Assembly (NCBI GenBank): GCA_019246215.1
Contig: JAFAQT010000001.1
Coordinates: 5,225-69,224 of the forward strand
Length of the DNA: 64,000 bases
Reading direction: 5' to 3'
Source of the DNA: Verrucomicrobiota bacterium
GTDB lineage: Bacteria; Verrucomicrobiota; Verrucomicrobiia; Chthoniobacterales; JAFAMB01
Shown: piece by piece, positions 47,867 through 59,090 of the stretch
Numbering within the stretch: position 1 is the first letter of the stretch
Layout of the letters: each line of letters begins with the position of its first letter
Notes under the pieces: generated by a model
Told to the model about the DNA's origin: nothing
Database searches by the model: none
The model's input: only the letters and a program-made list of their open reading frames with translations
Made by a program: the position numbers and the translations under genes

Positions 47867-50080
47867 TTACCGAGCCAAAGCCAATTCCTTGCATTTGCCG
47901 AGATCAAGTTTACCCGAACCGAGAATGGGAATTTTCTCCACTTTTCTGACAGTGCGGGGAACCCAAAGATTCGGCAGGCCGGCCGCTAACAGATGTTCCC
48001 GGATTCTCTCCGGAGAAAGATCTCGAATCGCGAGCAGAATGAGCGCCTCGCCTTTCGCCTGATCCGGTACGCCCACAACGGCGACCACGCGTTCGTCTTC
48101 CATTCTCAAGCCAAATGCTTCGATGATTCTTGCCTCAATCGTTTCATGTGGGACCATTTCACCGGCAATCTTGGAGAACCGCGATAGTCGTCCCTCGATA
48201 TAGAGGAATCCGTCTTCATCAAGTCGGCCGAGATCCCCTGTTTTGAACCAGCCGTCACTCAGGACCTGGGCGGTTCGGGCCGGCTCATTCAGATAACCCT
48301 CGAAGATATTCGGACCTTTCAACCAAAGCATCCCCAGTTCGTGAGGTGACATCAGCGCATCGGTTTCTGGATCACGGATCTGTGCCGCTTGTCCGGGTAA
48401 CAATTTGCCTACCGAGCCGACGCGGCTGGATGGTTGCACTGTATCAGTCGGCAGGTTCGCAGGGGGGTCAGGCAGGTTGGTACTGACAACCGGAGCGGTT
48501 TCCGTGAGCCCATAGCCCTCCAGAACATGCTTGCCGAATTTCTGTTCAAACGCTTCCGCCAGTTCCCTAGGCAGCTTTTCCGCTCCAGTAACAAGAAGTT
48601 TGATGCTGGCAAACTGCTTTGGCTCGGCCCGCTTCAGATACCCTCGCAAAAATGTGGGAGTGGTCACGAGTAACGAGATCTTGTAACGCTCGATGATCTC
48701 GGCGTTTTTGACCACGTCGACCGGAGTCGGATAGGTAATCGCCCGTACTCCGCCAATCATCGGGTACCACAGCGTAACCGTGCAGCCGAAACTATGGAAG
48801 AAAGGAAGCGACGCCATTACGGAATCTTGTCGCCCAAGATTCAGCATGGAACCAAACTGCATGACGTTCCCCAGCACATTTCGGTGACTGAGCACGACCC
48901 CTTTGGGCTCGCCGGAAGAGCCGCTGGTGAATAGAAGCACTGCCTCTTTACGGTCGGCTTTTTTGGGTAAACCAAGAAGATTGCTCAAAAGCCAGGCTGG
49001 CGCGACCGCAGAAATCAGGCGCCACAGCGCAATTTTGGGTCTAAGCTCCGGCATAAGCTCCTCCAATCGGAAGACATCTTTCGGCCAAGGAAAATCTTCC
49101 AGACGCTTCATCACGGGTTTAGCAGAAATTGCATGCAGAATCTGGCCGCGGTTAATAGCTGCTTGAAGAGCCGCGCGTCCCGCCGTGAAATTTAAATTGA
49201 CAGCGACTTTGTTAGCCAAGGTCACTGCGAGATTCGCGACAACCGCTCCTGCGCCTGGCGGTAACACCACAGCGACGCGTTCGCCTGCGCACTGTTTCTT
49301 AATCCATCGACTGAGCGCAATCGATGCCGCGAGCAGATCGCCTCGCTTCACAACACGGCCGTCCATTCCATCAATGATCGCCTGGTCGAATGGCCTCCGC
49401 TTTAGGCCGCGCACTGTCGCGCGGCCAAGGTGACCCGTAAGCTCCGGGCGTCTCTGATAACAGAACTCTCCAAGCTCAAGAAGCTTTTCCCGAGTTAGGC
49501 CGATTTCTACAGAACGAGCGGGTATCGGCTGCCCAAACGCAATTGTCGCGAGCTGCGGGATCCGCTTGGGCATCTTCAGGAAGTAGCGGCCGCCTTCAAA
49601 TGAAAAGATTGAACCCCAAAGGCCGTCCAACCAAACCGGGATGACTTCGCACTCTGCTAGGCGCGCGATCAATTCGAAGCCTTTGCGCAATTTGATTAAT
49701 GTGCCCGTGCGGCTCAGTTCCCCCTCCGGGAAAATGCAGACGATCTCGCCTTTTCTGATCCTTTCGGCCGCTTCCCGAATCGCCTCTTTTGCCCTAAGAT
49801 TCGAAATCGGTATCGTTTCGACCAGTTTGAAGATTGGGGTAAGCCACGCGATCCGATAAATCGATTCGTGGACAATAAATCGAATTGGTCTCGGGCAGGC
49901 GAGCTGCAAAACAACCGCGTCCACGTACGTCATGTGATTTGGCACTAGCAAAAAACCCGCTTCCGGCAGATTTTCGATTCCAAAGGTTTTTACGTAGTAA
50001 AATATTCCGGCGACAAGATTACCGAAGAGTCGAAAGACTGATTGGCGAAACCTCTGACCTAACGGCTTAGGCATAGTCAA
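47867..50080 (-). CDS. aas: bifunctional lysophospholipid acyltransferase / acyl-ACP (acyl-CoA) synthetase, Aas-like
   Basis: The N-terminal PlsC-type HX4D motif (NHMTYVDA) and FPEG block are followed by a C-terminal AMP-binding domain (LLFTSGSSGEPKGVVLSH, YGLTE, GDLG). Confidence 0.8.
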   Translation of the reverse strand: MTMPKPLGQRFRQSVFRLFGNLVAGIFYYVKTFGIENLPEAGFLLVPNHMTYVDAVVLQLACPRPIRFIVHESIYRIAWLTPIFKLVETIPISNLRAKEAIREAAERIRKGEIVCIFPEGELSRTGTLIKLRKGFELIARLAECEVIPVWLDGLWGSIFSFEGGRYFLKMPKRIPQLATIAFGQPIPARSVEIGLTREKLLELGEFCYQRRPELTGHLGRATVRGLKRRPFDQAIIDGMDGRVVKRGDLLAASIALSRWIKKQCAGERVAVVLPPGAGAVVANLAVTLANKVAVNLNFTAGRAALQAAINRGQILHAISAKPVMKRLEDFPWPKDVFRLEELMPELRPKIALWRLISAVAPAWLLSNLLGLPKKADRKEAVLLFTSGSSGEPKGVVLSHRNVLGNVMQFGSMLNLGRQDSVMASLPFFHSFGCTVTLWYPMIGGVRAITYPTPVDVVKNAEIIERYKISLLVTTPTFLRGYLKRAEPKQFASIKLLVTGAEKLPRELAEAFEQKFGKHVLEGYGLTETAPVVSTNLPDPPANLPTDTVQPSSRVGSVGKLLPGQAAQIRDPETDALMSPHELGMLWLKGPNIFEGYLNEPARTAQVLSDGWFKTGDLGRLDEDGFLYIEGRLSRFSKIAGEMVPHETIEARIIEAFGLRMEDERVVAVVGVPDQAKGEALILLAIRDLSPERIREHLLAAGLPNLWVPRTVRKVEKIPILGSGKLDLGKCKELALAR

Positions 50081-50287
50081 ATGGGGGTTGGCAAGCCAAA
50101 CTTGGGATGTGAATCGCGGGAATACCCTTCGGATTTTCTGGGACGCGACATGGGAGATTGGCTAAAGTATCCACGTTGCCAGAAAAGAGGGGAGTGACAA
50201 ACTGAAAAGTGGAAAGGCTGCTTGAGCCGGCTCCGGTGGCCGCCCGCCCTTGCATCCTGTCTCGTCGTCGCTAACCTTCCCGGGAAC

Positions 50288-52837
50288 ATGTCCGATACCC
50301 CTATGATGCAGCAGTACCAGAGCATCCGGCGGACTTTACCCGAAGGAACTCTGCTCCTTTTTCGTCTCGGCGATTTCTACGAACTCTTTTTCGAAGACGC
50401 GAAAATTGCAGCGCCAATTTTGAATGTGGCGTTGACCAAGCGCAACGGCATGCCGATGTGCGGAGTCCCATTTCACGCCGCGGAGGGGTACGTTGGCCGG
50501 TTGATCAAAGCCGGACTGAAGGTCGCGATTTGCGATCAAATCAGCGAGCCGCAGCCGGGCAGGATTGTTGAAAGGCAAGTCAGCCAGATCATCAGTCCGG
50601 GAACGGTAAGCGATTTCCAACTCTTAGAGACCCGCCGGAACAACTTCCTCGCCGCTGTGGGACGACAATCCTGTGTCTCAGCTAAGCAATCTTCGGGCGC
50701 CGCGCAAAAGGAAGTGCACGGATTGGCACTTCTCGATATAAGCACTGGCGAATTCCGCGTGACGCAGGTGAACTCGTTCAACGCGCTCGAAGATGAACTG
50801 GCTCGCTTCAGCCCCTCGGAAGTTCTGGTCCCGGATTCGGATCAAGAACTCATCCGTAAGATTCCGCGAGCTTCTTCCTATGACAGCTATACTTTCGAGC
50901 TGGAACAAGCTTCTTATCTCCTCCGCGAGCAGTTCTGCGTCCAGTCGCTGGACGGTTTCGGGTGTAGCGACCTGCCCGTCGGCATCGGTGCGGCCGGTGC
51001 GATCGTTCATTATCTCAGGCATCAACTGCGGCGACGAACTACGCATATCCGGTCACTCGGAGTTTTTCTTTCTGATCAATATGTTGCGATGGATGTTGCC
51101 ACTCAACAGAACCTGGAACTGATAGAATCCAAGGGGGCTGGCGAAGGTTCCACTCTGCTTGCGGCCCTGGATCGGACCGTGACTCCGATGGGCGGCAGGC
51201 TCTTTCGACAATGGCTGCTAAAACCGCTGCGGTCTCAGACCGAGATTCGCCAGCGACAGGAGCTGATTCAGCAATTTCTGGATCAACCCTTTCTGTTAAG
51301 TTCCCTGCGGGAGGCCTTAAGCCATATTCGTGACGTCGAACGAACCGTCGCCCGGTTGAGCCAGTTAAACGGCAACCCCAGGGATATTGTCAGTCTTCGA
51401 GTATCGCTCGAATCGTTGCCTGAACTTAAAGGTCATCTCGCATCTCTCGCGAAAGCCGTTCTCGCCGAAGGGGAGGATTTGTTATTGAACCAAATTGCCG
51501 CGGGAATCCCAGAACTTCCCGAATTGGTTCAACTCTTGACCGACGCATTGGTGGACGAACCGCCTGGATTGCTCAAAGAAGGTGGCATTTTTCGCGAGGG
51601 GTATGATCCAACGCTCGATGAATTACGAAGCGCTTCAAGGAGCGGAAAAGACTGGATTGCCGCCCTGCAACAACGAGAAATCGAACGAACGGGAATCAAA
51701 TCGTTGAAGGTCAGGTTCAACTCGGTATTCGGCTACTTCATCGAAATCAGCAATTCGAATCTGGCCGCTGTGCCGGCCGATTACACACGAAAACAAACGA
51801 CCGTGGGCGGCGAAAGGTTTATCACTCCGGAACTGAAGGAAGTGGAATTCAAAATCTTGGGCGCCGACGAGCGCTCCAGGGCGCTGGAGTACGAGCTTTT
51901 TCTGGCCTTGCGTGACAGCCTAATGGAGTACTTGCCACAGCTCCAGGAAATAGCCCGATTCATCGCTATCTTGGATGTGGTTGCTTCGCTTGCGGAAACG
52001 GCCCGGCTGTTCGGTTATTCACGACCCGCGGTGACCGACGACTTGAAGATTTATATTCGGGACGGGCGCCATCCTGTTCTCGACCAGAATGTCACGGAAG
52101 AGAAATTCGTCCCAAACGATTGTTCGTTGGACGGCTTTGAGAATCGTCTATTGCTGATCACTGGTCCAAACATGGCCGGCAAATCAACCTTTCTTCGTCA
52201 GGTCGCATTGATCGTGTTGATGGCGCAGGTTGGCAGCTTCGTGCCAGCTGCCGCCGCAGAGATCGGGTTGGTTGACCGTATTTATACCAGGGTAGGAGCG
52301 TCCGATGATTTGTCGCGAGGGCAGTCGACATTCATGGTTGAGATGAACGAAACCGCGAACATTGTGAATAACGCGACGGAGCGTAGCTTGGTAATCCTCG
52401 ATGAAATCGGGCGCGGAACCTCCACCTTCGACGGGCTGTCGATCGCCTGGAGCGTGGCGGAGTATCTCCATGACGTGCTTCGCTCCCGGACGCTGTTCGC
52501 CACGCATTATCACGAGATGACGGAACTGGCAGTAATTTGCAAAGGGGTAAAGAATTTCAATGTTGCCGTCAGGGAATGGAACGAGCAGATAATCTTTCTC
52601 CGTAAAATCCAGGCTGGCGCCGCCGACAAAAGCTACGGTATACAGGTTGCGCGCCTTGCCGGATTACCTGACGATGTTATCGAACGTGCCAAGGAAATTC
52701 TCGCGAATTTAGAGGCCTCAGAGTTGAACGCACAGGGCAAACCACGATTGGCCGAAGCCAAGATTTTTCGGAGTCGCCCCAAGCGAAAGGAAGAACCAAA
52801 ACCCCAACTGAATCTTTTCGATTACCGACCGGAGTGA
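50288..52837 (+). CDS. mutS: DNA mismatch repair protein MutS
   Basis: TPMMQQY...GDFYELFFEDA, Walker A GPNMAGKST, DEIGRGTSTFDG. I prefer the ATG at 50288. Confidence 0.95.
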   Translation: MSDTPMMQQYQSIRRTLPEGTLLLFRLGDFYELFFEDAKIAAPILNVALTKRNGMPMCGVPFHAAEGYVGRLIKAGLKVAICDQISEPQPGRIVERQVSQIISPGTVSDFQLLETRRNNFLAAVGRQSCVSAKQSSGAAQKEVHGLALLDISTGEFRVTQVNSFNALEDELARFSPSEVLVPDSDQELIRKIPRASSYDSYTFELEQASYLLREQFCVQSLDGFGCSDLPVGIGAAGAIVHYLRHQLRRRTTHIRSLGVFLSDQYVAMDVATQQNLELIESKGAGEGSTLLAALDRTVTPMGGRLFRQWLLKPLRSQTEIRQRQELIQQFLDQPFLLSSLREALSHIRDVERTVARLSQLNGNPRDIVSLRVSLESLPELKGHLASLAKAVLAEGEDLLLNQIAAGIPELPELVQLLTDALVDEPPGLLKEGGIFREGYDPTLDELRSASRSGKDWIAALQQREIERTGIKSLKVRFNSVFGYFIEISNSNLAAVPADYTRKQTTVGGERFITPELKEVEFKILGADERSRALEYELFLALRDSLMEYLPQLQEIARFIAILDVVASLAETARLFGYSRPAVTDDLKIYIRDGRHPVLDQNVTEEKFVPNDCSLDGFENRLLLITGPNMAGKSTFLRQVALIVLMAQVGSFVPAAAAEIGLVDRIYTRVGASDDLSRGQSTFMVEMNETANIVNNATERSLVILDEIGRGTSTFDGLSIAWSVAEYLHDVLRSRTLFATHYHEMTELAVICKGVKNFNVAVREWNEQIIFLRKIQAGAADKSYGIQVARLAGLPDDVIERAKEILANLEASELNAQGKPRLAEAKIFRSRPKRKEEPKPQLNLFDYRPE

Positions 52838-52987
52838 AAAAGGGTATTTGGGTGTGGCGAAGCGTCTCACGTCGCTCGGTGCGGCCGAACACGTCATGGA
52901 CGGCTCGAGCGGGTTCTCGAAAATATGAACGTGGATCTTGGGTGGGTCTTTCCTTTGTGCCGGTTGTGTGCTCAAATGCGAAGCTTA

Positions 52988-53191
52988 ATGAAGAAGCTTT
53001 TGGTAACGATTGCATTGTTGTCGCTCGCCCTTGGCGCGTGTGAACGGCATCCTGCCAGCCAATTGCGAAACGAGGGTGAGGGTGTTGCAAAGGAGCGGTC
53101 AGGCACGCCGGATAGAAGGCAGGAAAAAGAGGCGAATCCAGTAGCTTCTCCGAGCGGGACTCCAAAGACCTATTTCCCGCAGAATTCCTGA
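52988..53191 (+). CDS. small lipoprotein, hypothetical
   Basis: MKKLLVTIALLSLALGAC has a lipobox. The remainder is low-complexity and charged. Confidence 0.45.
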   Translation: MKKLLVTIALLSLALGACERHPASQLRNEGEGVAKERSGTPDRRQEKEANPVASPSGTPKTYFPQNS

Positions 53192-53297
53192 GGGCTGAAA
53201 ATCTCACACGTGCTTTGATTCGGTGGCATGCCGGCTAGCGCATTTTCTTATTATTCTCCTCGGGGGCTGGCGAGGAAGGTCCATCACCGGATCTTTT

Positions 53298-53322
53298 TAG
53301 AATTATTCTTGATATTGTTATC
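53298..53322. promoter_or_regulatory. candidate Fur-box-like AT-rich operator upstream of fur-suf
   Basis: TAGAATTATTCTTGATATTGTTATC contains GATA/TATC-type hexamers reminiscent of GATAATGATAATCATTATC. The match is only partial. Confidence 0.3.
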
Positions 53323-53345
53323 GCTTATGGCAGGTTGATTTCACC

Positions 53346-53837
53346 GTGAAGCTTCCTCTTGAACATGTGCAGCGATTCGCTGGTAGTGGAATTCGGCTGA
53401 CCAAACAGCGCGAAGAAGTCTTCGGATTATTACTGCAAAAAAGAGATCACCCGACAGCCACGGAAGTGTTTCTCCGCGCGAAAAAACATATGCCGTCGAT
53501 CTCATTGGCGACGATCTATAACTGCTTGGACGCTTTAGTGGACTGGGGACTCGTGAAACAGGTCAACCTGGACCGCGCGCCAACGCGTTATTGCGCGAAC
53601 CTGCAGGAACATAGCCATTTCTACTGTGAATCCTGCGGAGCAATTTCTGATGTGGATGTTCCTTTCGACGGCAGATGGGATTTACCCCCAGGTTTTATCG
53701 TGGCGCACGCCGAAGTGTCATTGAAAGGGCAATGCGCAAAGTGCTCAGCGCAACATTCTCTCGGGACTGACCCAATCGGAATGGGCGGATTTTCAGCCCA
53801 GCATGCAAAAATGAAAACTCAAAAACGTCATTCATGA
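53346..53837 (+). CDS. fur: Fur-family metalloregulator
   Basis: [13 protein letters not shown]...HPTATEV...[13 protein letters not shown] winged helix, [10 protein letters not shown] and CAKC cysteine pairs. GTG start. The stop overlaps the sufC start (ATGA). Metal specificity (Fur/Zur/PerR) cannot be judged from the sequence. Confidence 0.75.
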   Translation: MKLPLEHVQRFAGSGIRLTKQREEVFGLLLQKRDHPTATEVFLRAKKHMPSISLATIYNCLDALVDWGLVKQVNLDRAPTRYCANLQEHSHFYCESCGAISDVDVPFDGRWDLPPGFIVAHAEVSLKGQCAKCSAQHSLGTDPIGMGGFSAQHAKMKTQKRHS

Positions 53838-54601
53838 GTTCTATTGTCATTGACGATTTACACGTTTCGGTCGCTGACAAGGAGATTATTCAAGGGTTGA
53901 GCCTGGAATTCAGCACAGGTGAAATCCATGCTGTGATGGGGCCAAACGGGTCGGGCAAGAGCACCTTGGCAAAAGTAATGGCCGGTCACCCCGATTATCA
54001 GGTGACACGCGGCGAAATCTTGATGGATGGAGTCAGTATTCTTGAGATGGAGCCAGATGAGCGATCGCGCCGAGGACTCTTTATGGCTTTTCAGTACCCG
54101 ATGGAGATACCAGGTGTGAGTAACGCAAATTTTCTGCGCGCCGCGTTGCAAGCCCGATTGCCGGAAGGCGAGGAACTCGATGCAATAGAGTTTTATCAGC
54201 GACTGTACCAGAAAATGGATCTGCTGGACATTCGCAGAGAGTTCACGGGGCGGGCCGTCAATGAAGGGTTCTCAGGCGGCGAGAAGAAGCGGAACGAGAT
54301 TTTGCAACTCGCGATGCTGGAGCCGACCTTTGCTGTCCTTGACGAGACCGATAGCGGCTTGGATATCGATGCTCTCAAGGTGGTTGCGAAAGGAGTCAAT
54401 ACGATTTGCGGACCGGGAATCGGAATACTTCTGATCACCCACTATCAACGACTTCTAAACTATATTGTTCCAGATTTTGTTCACGTTATGTCGGAAGGAC
54501 GAATTGTCCGGAGCGGCGGGAAAGAGTTGGCTCTGGAGCTGGAATCCAAGGGCTACGACTGGTTAAAAGCGCGGAAGCCCGAGACTGTCGGCGCTAACTG
54601 A
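53834..54601 (+). CDS. sufC: Fe-S cluster assembly ATPase SufC
   Basis: [35 protein letters not shown]. Confidence 0.95.
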   Translation: MSSIVIDDLHVSVADKEIIQGLSLEFSTGEIHAVMGPNGSGKSTLAKVMAGHPDYQVTRGEILMDGVSILEMEPDERSRRGLFMAFQYPMEIPGVSNANFLRAALQARLPEGEELDAIEFYQRLYQKMDLLDIRREFTGRAVNEGFSGGEKKRNEILQLAMLEPTFAVLDETDSGLDIDALKVVAKGVNTICGPGIGILLITHYQRLLNYIVPDFVHVMSEGRIVRSGGKELALELESKGYDWLKARKPETVGAN

Positions 54602-54625
54602 AAGAGATTGGAGGAGATCAAAAAC

Positions 54626-56035
54626 ATGAGCACCACGACCGATTCAATAGCTATCGATCGGGATATTGGAAATTTTTTCTACAACGTTGCAGCAACGCGC
54701 GATGCCGGTGTCGGCCTGACGGAGCAAACAATCGATTATATCGTGGACGTGAAGAAGGAGCCCGAATGGCTTCGCGAATTCCGCAAGAACGCCTACCACG
54801 TTTTCAACAGTAAACCATTGCCTACTCACTGGGCGGGGGACGAGCTCAAGGAGATCGACTTTAACGTCATCCGCTATTACTTGGCCTCCGGCGAGGCCCC
54901 CAAGCGGACGTGGGAAGAGGTTCCCGAGGATATCAAGCGCACCTTCGAGCGATTGGGTATTCCCGAGAGCGAAAGAAAGTTCCTGGCGGGAGTTGAAGCA
55001 CAGTTCGACAGCGAGGCGGTCTATTCCAACGTCAAAAAGGCAGTTTCGGATCAAGGCGTGATCTTCATGGGGAGCACAGACGCCTTAAAGGAGCGTCCTG
55101 ACCTGTTCCGAAAATGGTTTGGCAGAGTGATTCCGACCGGAGATAACAAGTTCAGCGCGTTAAACAGTGCAGTGTTCAGCGGGGGCAGCTTTATCTATGT
55201 GCCGCCGGGCGTGAAAGTTAAACATCCGTTGCAAGCCTATTTTCGGATTAACGCAGAGAACTTCGGGCAATTCGAGCGAACCTTGATCATCGCCGATGAG
55301 GGCTCCGAAGTGATGTATATGGAAGGCTGCACCGCTCCCAAATTCACTACGGCTACGCTTCACTCTGCGGTGGTTGAGCTCGTCGCTTTGCCCGGCGCAA
55401 AGATCCAATATATTACTGTCCAAAATTGGGCACCGAATGTTTTTAATCTCGTGACCAAACGCGGGTTGGCTATGGAAGAGGCTGAGATAAAGTGGATCGA
55501 CTGCAATATCGGTTCCAGGCTGACTATGAAATATCCCGGCGTGGTGCTGAAAGGACGCAAAGCTCGCGGCGAAGTTATCAGCATAGCACTGGCGGGCGAT
55601 GGCCAGCATCAGGATACCGGAGCGAAAATGATTCACGCGGCCGACGAAACCAGCAGCAACATCGTTTCCAAAAGCATCAGTATCGGCAAAGGAAGAGCAA
55701 CCTACAGAGGGCTCGTTCATGTCCCTAAACACCTCAAGGGCTGTAAGAACAACACAGAGTGTGATGCTTTGCTCATCAACGCCAACAGCCGCACCGACAC
55801 GTACCCGGCAATCACTGTTCGGGGTACTGGTAATTCCACGCAACACGAAGCTTCTGTCAGTCAGATCAACGCGGAACAGATTTTCTATATGCAACAGAGG
55901 GGCCTGAGCGAGGGGCAGGCCATGAGTCTCGCTGTGAATGGGTTTGTGAATGATCTCGTCAGTCAATTTCCGATGGAATACAGCGTGGAATTGAAGCGGC
56001 TCATCGATCTTGAGATGGAGGGATCGGTAGGTTAA
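54626..56035 (+). CDS. sufB: Fe-S cluster assembly scaffold SufB
   Basis: The conserved SufB core ([10 protein letters not shown]..., [26 protein letters not shown]) is present. The ATG at 54626 is preceded by GGAGGAG. Confidence 0.95.
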   Translation: MSTTTDSIAIDRDIGNFFYNVAATRDAGVGLTEQTIDYIVDVKKEPEWLREFRKNAYHVFNSKPLPTHWAGDELKEIDFNVIRYYLASGEAPKRTWEEVPEDIKRTFERLGIPESERKFLAGVEAQFDSEAVYSNVKKAVSDQGVIFMGSTDALKERPDLFRKWFGRVIPTGDNKFSALNSAVFSGGSFIYVPPGVKVKHPLQAYFRINAENFGQFERTLIIADEGSEVMYMEGCTAPKFTTATLHSAVVELVALPGAKIQYITVQNWAPNVFNLVTKRGLAMEEAEIKWIDCNIGSRLTMKYPGVVLKGRKARGEVISIALAGDGQHQDTGAKMIHAADETSSNIVSKSISIGKGRATYRGLVHVPKHLKGCKNNTECDALLINANSRTDTYPAITVRGTGNSTQHEASVSQINAEQIFYMQQRGLSEGQAMSLAVNGFVNDLVSQFPMEYSVELKRLIDLEMEGSVG

Positions 56036-56250
56036 AGAGGTCCAGTGTAGCCAAGGACCCCGTTCACGGCTTCCTGCAGGGTATCGCTGCGCAAGAGGAG
56101 AGGCTAGCCGTAAGTTTCACCGGGTTCTGCAAGATGGTTGCATCCGAGTACTCTCTTCCAATCTACGGGATGGCTGTCAGCTTTCGGTGTCCCACTTCGG
56201 GGTTCAGGTTAGGCTAAGACGCATTTTAAGGCACAGGGAGCAGCGCAACT

Positions 56251-57537
56251 ATGACATCCACTGAACTTTCTTCGATTCTGTCCGGACCCCGACAATCTCC
56301 GGCGCCGGACTGGTTCAGGGAACTCCAGGCGAAGGCGTGGGAGGAATTTGAAGCGGAACCGTTCCCGGCTCGCGGCAACGAGTTGTGGCGATTTTCCTCC
56401 GTAAAAAACCTTGCCCTGGACGATTATGTGGCTGCCCCAGTCTTCTCCGGCGACCCCTTGTCTTTGGCGCGTCCGCGCCAATTCCCTGAACCTGCCGGCA
56501 GAATGATCTTCGCCAATGAATCTTTGGTAAGGGCCGAATTGTTTAGCCCGGCGCTCGAGAGCGCAGGAGTGATTTTTACCACTCTGGCTGATGCATTGGA
56601 AAAGCATTCCGACCGGCTGCGAGAGCATTTCATGGCGCAATCGGCCCGGCTAGGCTCGGCAAAATTTGCCGCTTTGCACAAGGCTGTGGTTCAAGCCGGT
56701 ACTTTCCTTTGGATCCCACGCGGTGTCGAGGTTCGCAACCCTTTTGAAGTATTTCATCTGGTCCAAGGAGATTGGGCGGCAGTTTTTCCGCACACCTTGA
56801 TCATTGCGGAAGATAATAGCCAGGTGACGATGCTTGAACATTTTGTCTCGTCGAACCCGGACGAACGAGGACTGGGCTGCGCAGTGAACGACCTTGTTTT
56901 GAAGCCGGGTTCCAAGCTCAACTATATCGGCGTCCAGGAGTGGAGCAGAAATTTTGTCTCCATTCAGGTGAACTCCACCGTCGCACAGAAGGACTCAGCC
57001 GCTCTCAATCTTGCCCTAAACTTTGGGGGGAAATATTCGCGTCTCGAGAGCGTCAGCCGAATGATTCAAAGCGGTGCGCGCAGCGACATGCTGGCAATCA
57101 GCGTGGCACGGGACGAGCAGGAATTCGACCAGCGCACACTGCAGGATCACCAGATGCCAGATACGACCAGCGATCTCTTGTATAAGAATGCGCTCCATGA
57201 TCGCTCACGAACGATCTTTTCTGGCCTGATTAAGGTCGAACCGGGTGCGCATCGAACGGACGCGTACCAAAAAGTTCGAAATTTACTCCTGAGCGATGAT
57301 GCAGAGGCAAATTCAATGCCGGGTCTGGAGATTTTGGCGGATGATGTGCGGTGTACGCATGGTGCCACTTCCGGTCAGGTGGAACCCGAGGAACTGTTCT
57401 ACCTGAAAAGTCGAGGTATCAACGACCTTTCGGCCAAGCGCCTGATCGCGCGCGGCTTTCTGAACGAAGTTGTCGACCGCTTGCCGGAGGAGCGCCTCTC
57501 CGAATACTTGCATCAACAGATCGAAGCACGCTTGTAA
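56251..57537 (+). CDS. sufD: Fe-S cluster assembly protein SufD
   Basis: SufB/D beta-helix core with ...LSDDAEANSMPGLEILADDVRCTHGATSGQVEPEELFYLKSRGI. Confidence 0.9.
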   Translation: MTSTELSSILSGPRQSPAPDWFRELQAKAWEEFEAEPFPARGNELWRFSSVKNLALDDYVAAPVFSGDPLSLARPRQFPEPAGRMIFANESLVRAELFSPALESAGVIFTTLADALEKHSDRLREHFMAQSARLGSAKFAALHKAVVQAGTFLWIPRGVEVRNPFEVFHLVQGDWAAVFPHTLIIAEDNSQVTMLEHFVSSNPDERGLGCAVNDLVLKPGSKLNYIGVQEWSRNFVSIQVNSTVAQKDSAALNLALNFGGKYSRLESVSRMIQSGARSDMLAISVARDEQEFDQRTLQDHQMPDTTSDLLYKNALHDRSRTIFSGLIKVEPGAHRTDAYQKVRNLLLSDDAEANSMPGLEILADDVRCTHGATSGQVEPEELFYLKSRGINDLSAKRLIARGFLNEVVDRLPEERLSEYLHQQIEARL

Positions 57538-57840
57538 TCCCCGGTTTGCGCCATTTTGGAAACTTAAGAGCAAAAAAGTTCACACGAGAGGGCTCAAGGG
57601 CTTTTTGTGAGATTTTCTCTCGCATTGCAGCAACTTGCAGAACGATCGATCGTATTTTTACTGCTGACGCACACTTTGACTAGGTGCGCTTTCGCGCTAG
57701 GGTTTATCGATTGCTGCTTAATGTGAACCGGATCAAGCGGATAAACCATCCCAGGAGCTCAATGACCGCATCGTGTGGATGACAAAAATCTTGCTTCGCA
57801 GGCTTCCGGTCCGAATCGTCGGCTCGAAACACAGGTTTAA

Positions 57841-58617
57841 ATGGTTGGAAGAGATCATATGCTCACTTTGCTAGGTACGTTTGCTCCTCTCTTGGCCGCT
57901 GATGCTGCCACCGCCGGCGGTCGTCCAATTCCGGACTGGGCCAAAGGCAACAGCATATTTGAGGCTTTCTTTAAGGGCGGACCAGTGATGTACCCCATCG
58001 CAGCCGTTTTGATAGTGGCGGTTGCGGTTGTTCTGGAGCGAATCGTCTGGTGGACGATCCAGACCGCCCGCCGGGAGCCGAATAAATTGGATAAAGTATA
58101 TGCCGCTTTGGAACAGGGAAACGTCGCCGGTGCGATCAATCTCGCCCGGGGCTCCACAGATCCGCTTGTTCGCACCGTCTGGCACGGTTTGAGCCATGTT
58201 CATGCTTCCGTCGAAGGCGCCCTTCAAGTTGCTTCCGGAGTAGAGCTTCAGCGAGCCGGACGGTTTATGTCGGTGATGGATACCACGATCACCCTCGCTC
58301 CGCTCTTGGGGTTGCTCGGAACGGTCACCGGTATTATGGGCTCCTTCAACTTCGTTGGGAACGCCGATCTAGCGCCGACTAAGGTTAGTGGTGGAATCGC
58401 AGAAGCGTTGATCGCGACGGCGTGTGGCCTTGGAATAGCGATTTTCGCATTAATTTTCTTTAACTTTTTCAACGCGAGAGTTGCGCGGTTGCAGTTCGAG
58501 CTCGAATCGACCTCTAACAACGTAATTCTGATGCTGAACTCTCTGCGAAACCGGAACAACGTTGTCAGCAATCAAGATGCACATCAGCAGCCACCGCAGT
58601 TCGCCGGTACTAATTAA
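57841..58617 (+). CDS. exbB: MotA/TolQ/ExbB proton-channel protein
   Basis: Three TM helices and the conserved LAPLLGLLGTVTGIMGSF, GIAEALIATACGL. Confidence 0.85.
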   Translation: MVGRDHMLTLLGTFAPLLAADAATAGGRPIPDWAKGNSIFEAFFKGGPVMYPIAAVLIVAVAVVLERIVWWTIQTARREPNKLDKVYAALEQGNVAGAINLARGSTDPLVRTVWHGLSHVHASVEGALQVASGVELQRAGRFMSVMDTTITLAPLLGLLGTVTGIMGSFNFVGNADLAPTKVSGGIAEALIATACGLGIAIFALIFFNFFNARVARLQFELESTSNNVILMLNSLRNRNNVVSNQDAHQQPPQFAGTN

Positions 58618-59062
58618 ACGGGCTCGGATCGAGATCATTCCTCTGATCGACATCATGTTCTTCCTGCTGGCCGCGTTCATGCTGGTGAGCTTGACAATGA
58701 TCAACATGAAAGGCATCGACGTTAATCTTCCAACCGCGACAAGTGCCCAACCTAATACTAAGCCCGATTTCGTAATGGTCAGCATCGATGCGCTTTTGGA
58801 CATCTACTTCGAAAAGGAAAAGGTGGCGCAAGAGGATGTTTTAGCGAGATTCCAAAAGCTCTACGAAGCCAATCACGATGTTCGGATCTTTATTCGTGCA
58901 GACAAGGACGCGACCTACCGGACGGTCGTATTCGTGTTGGATAAAGCCCGAACCGCTGGTGTCCAGAAGGTCGGCCTGGAAATCAAGGCATACGATTCCC
59001 ATCCTGAATCCACCGCCAGTCCTGGTGCTCCTGGTGTGCGACCAGCCCCAGCATCCAATTAG
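58577..59062 (+). CDS. exbD: ExbD/TolR biopolymer transport protein
   Basis: IEIIPLIDIMFFLLAAFML TM helix, then the periplasmic domain ...VRIFIRADKDATYRTVVFVLDKARTAGV. The start is uncertain (58562 TTG or 58577 ATG). Confidence 0.85.
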   Translation: MHISSHRSSPVLIKRARIEIIPLIDIMFFLLAAFMLVSLTMINMKGIDVNLPTATSAQPNTKPDFVMVSIDALLDIYFEKEKVAQEDVLARFQKLYEANHDVRIFIRADKDATYRTVVFVLDKARTAGVQKVGLEIKAYDSHPESTASPGAPGVRPAPASN

Positions 59063-59090
59063 TCTTCGCAGCGAATAGGAGCCGCCTGCA

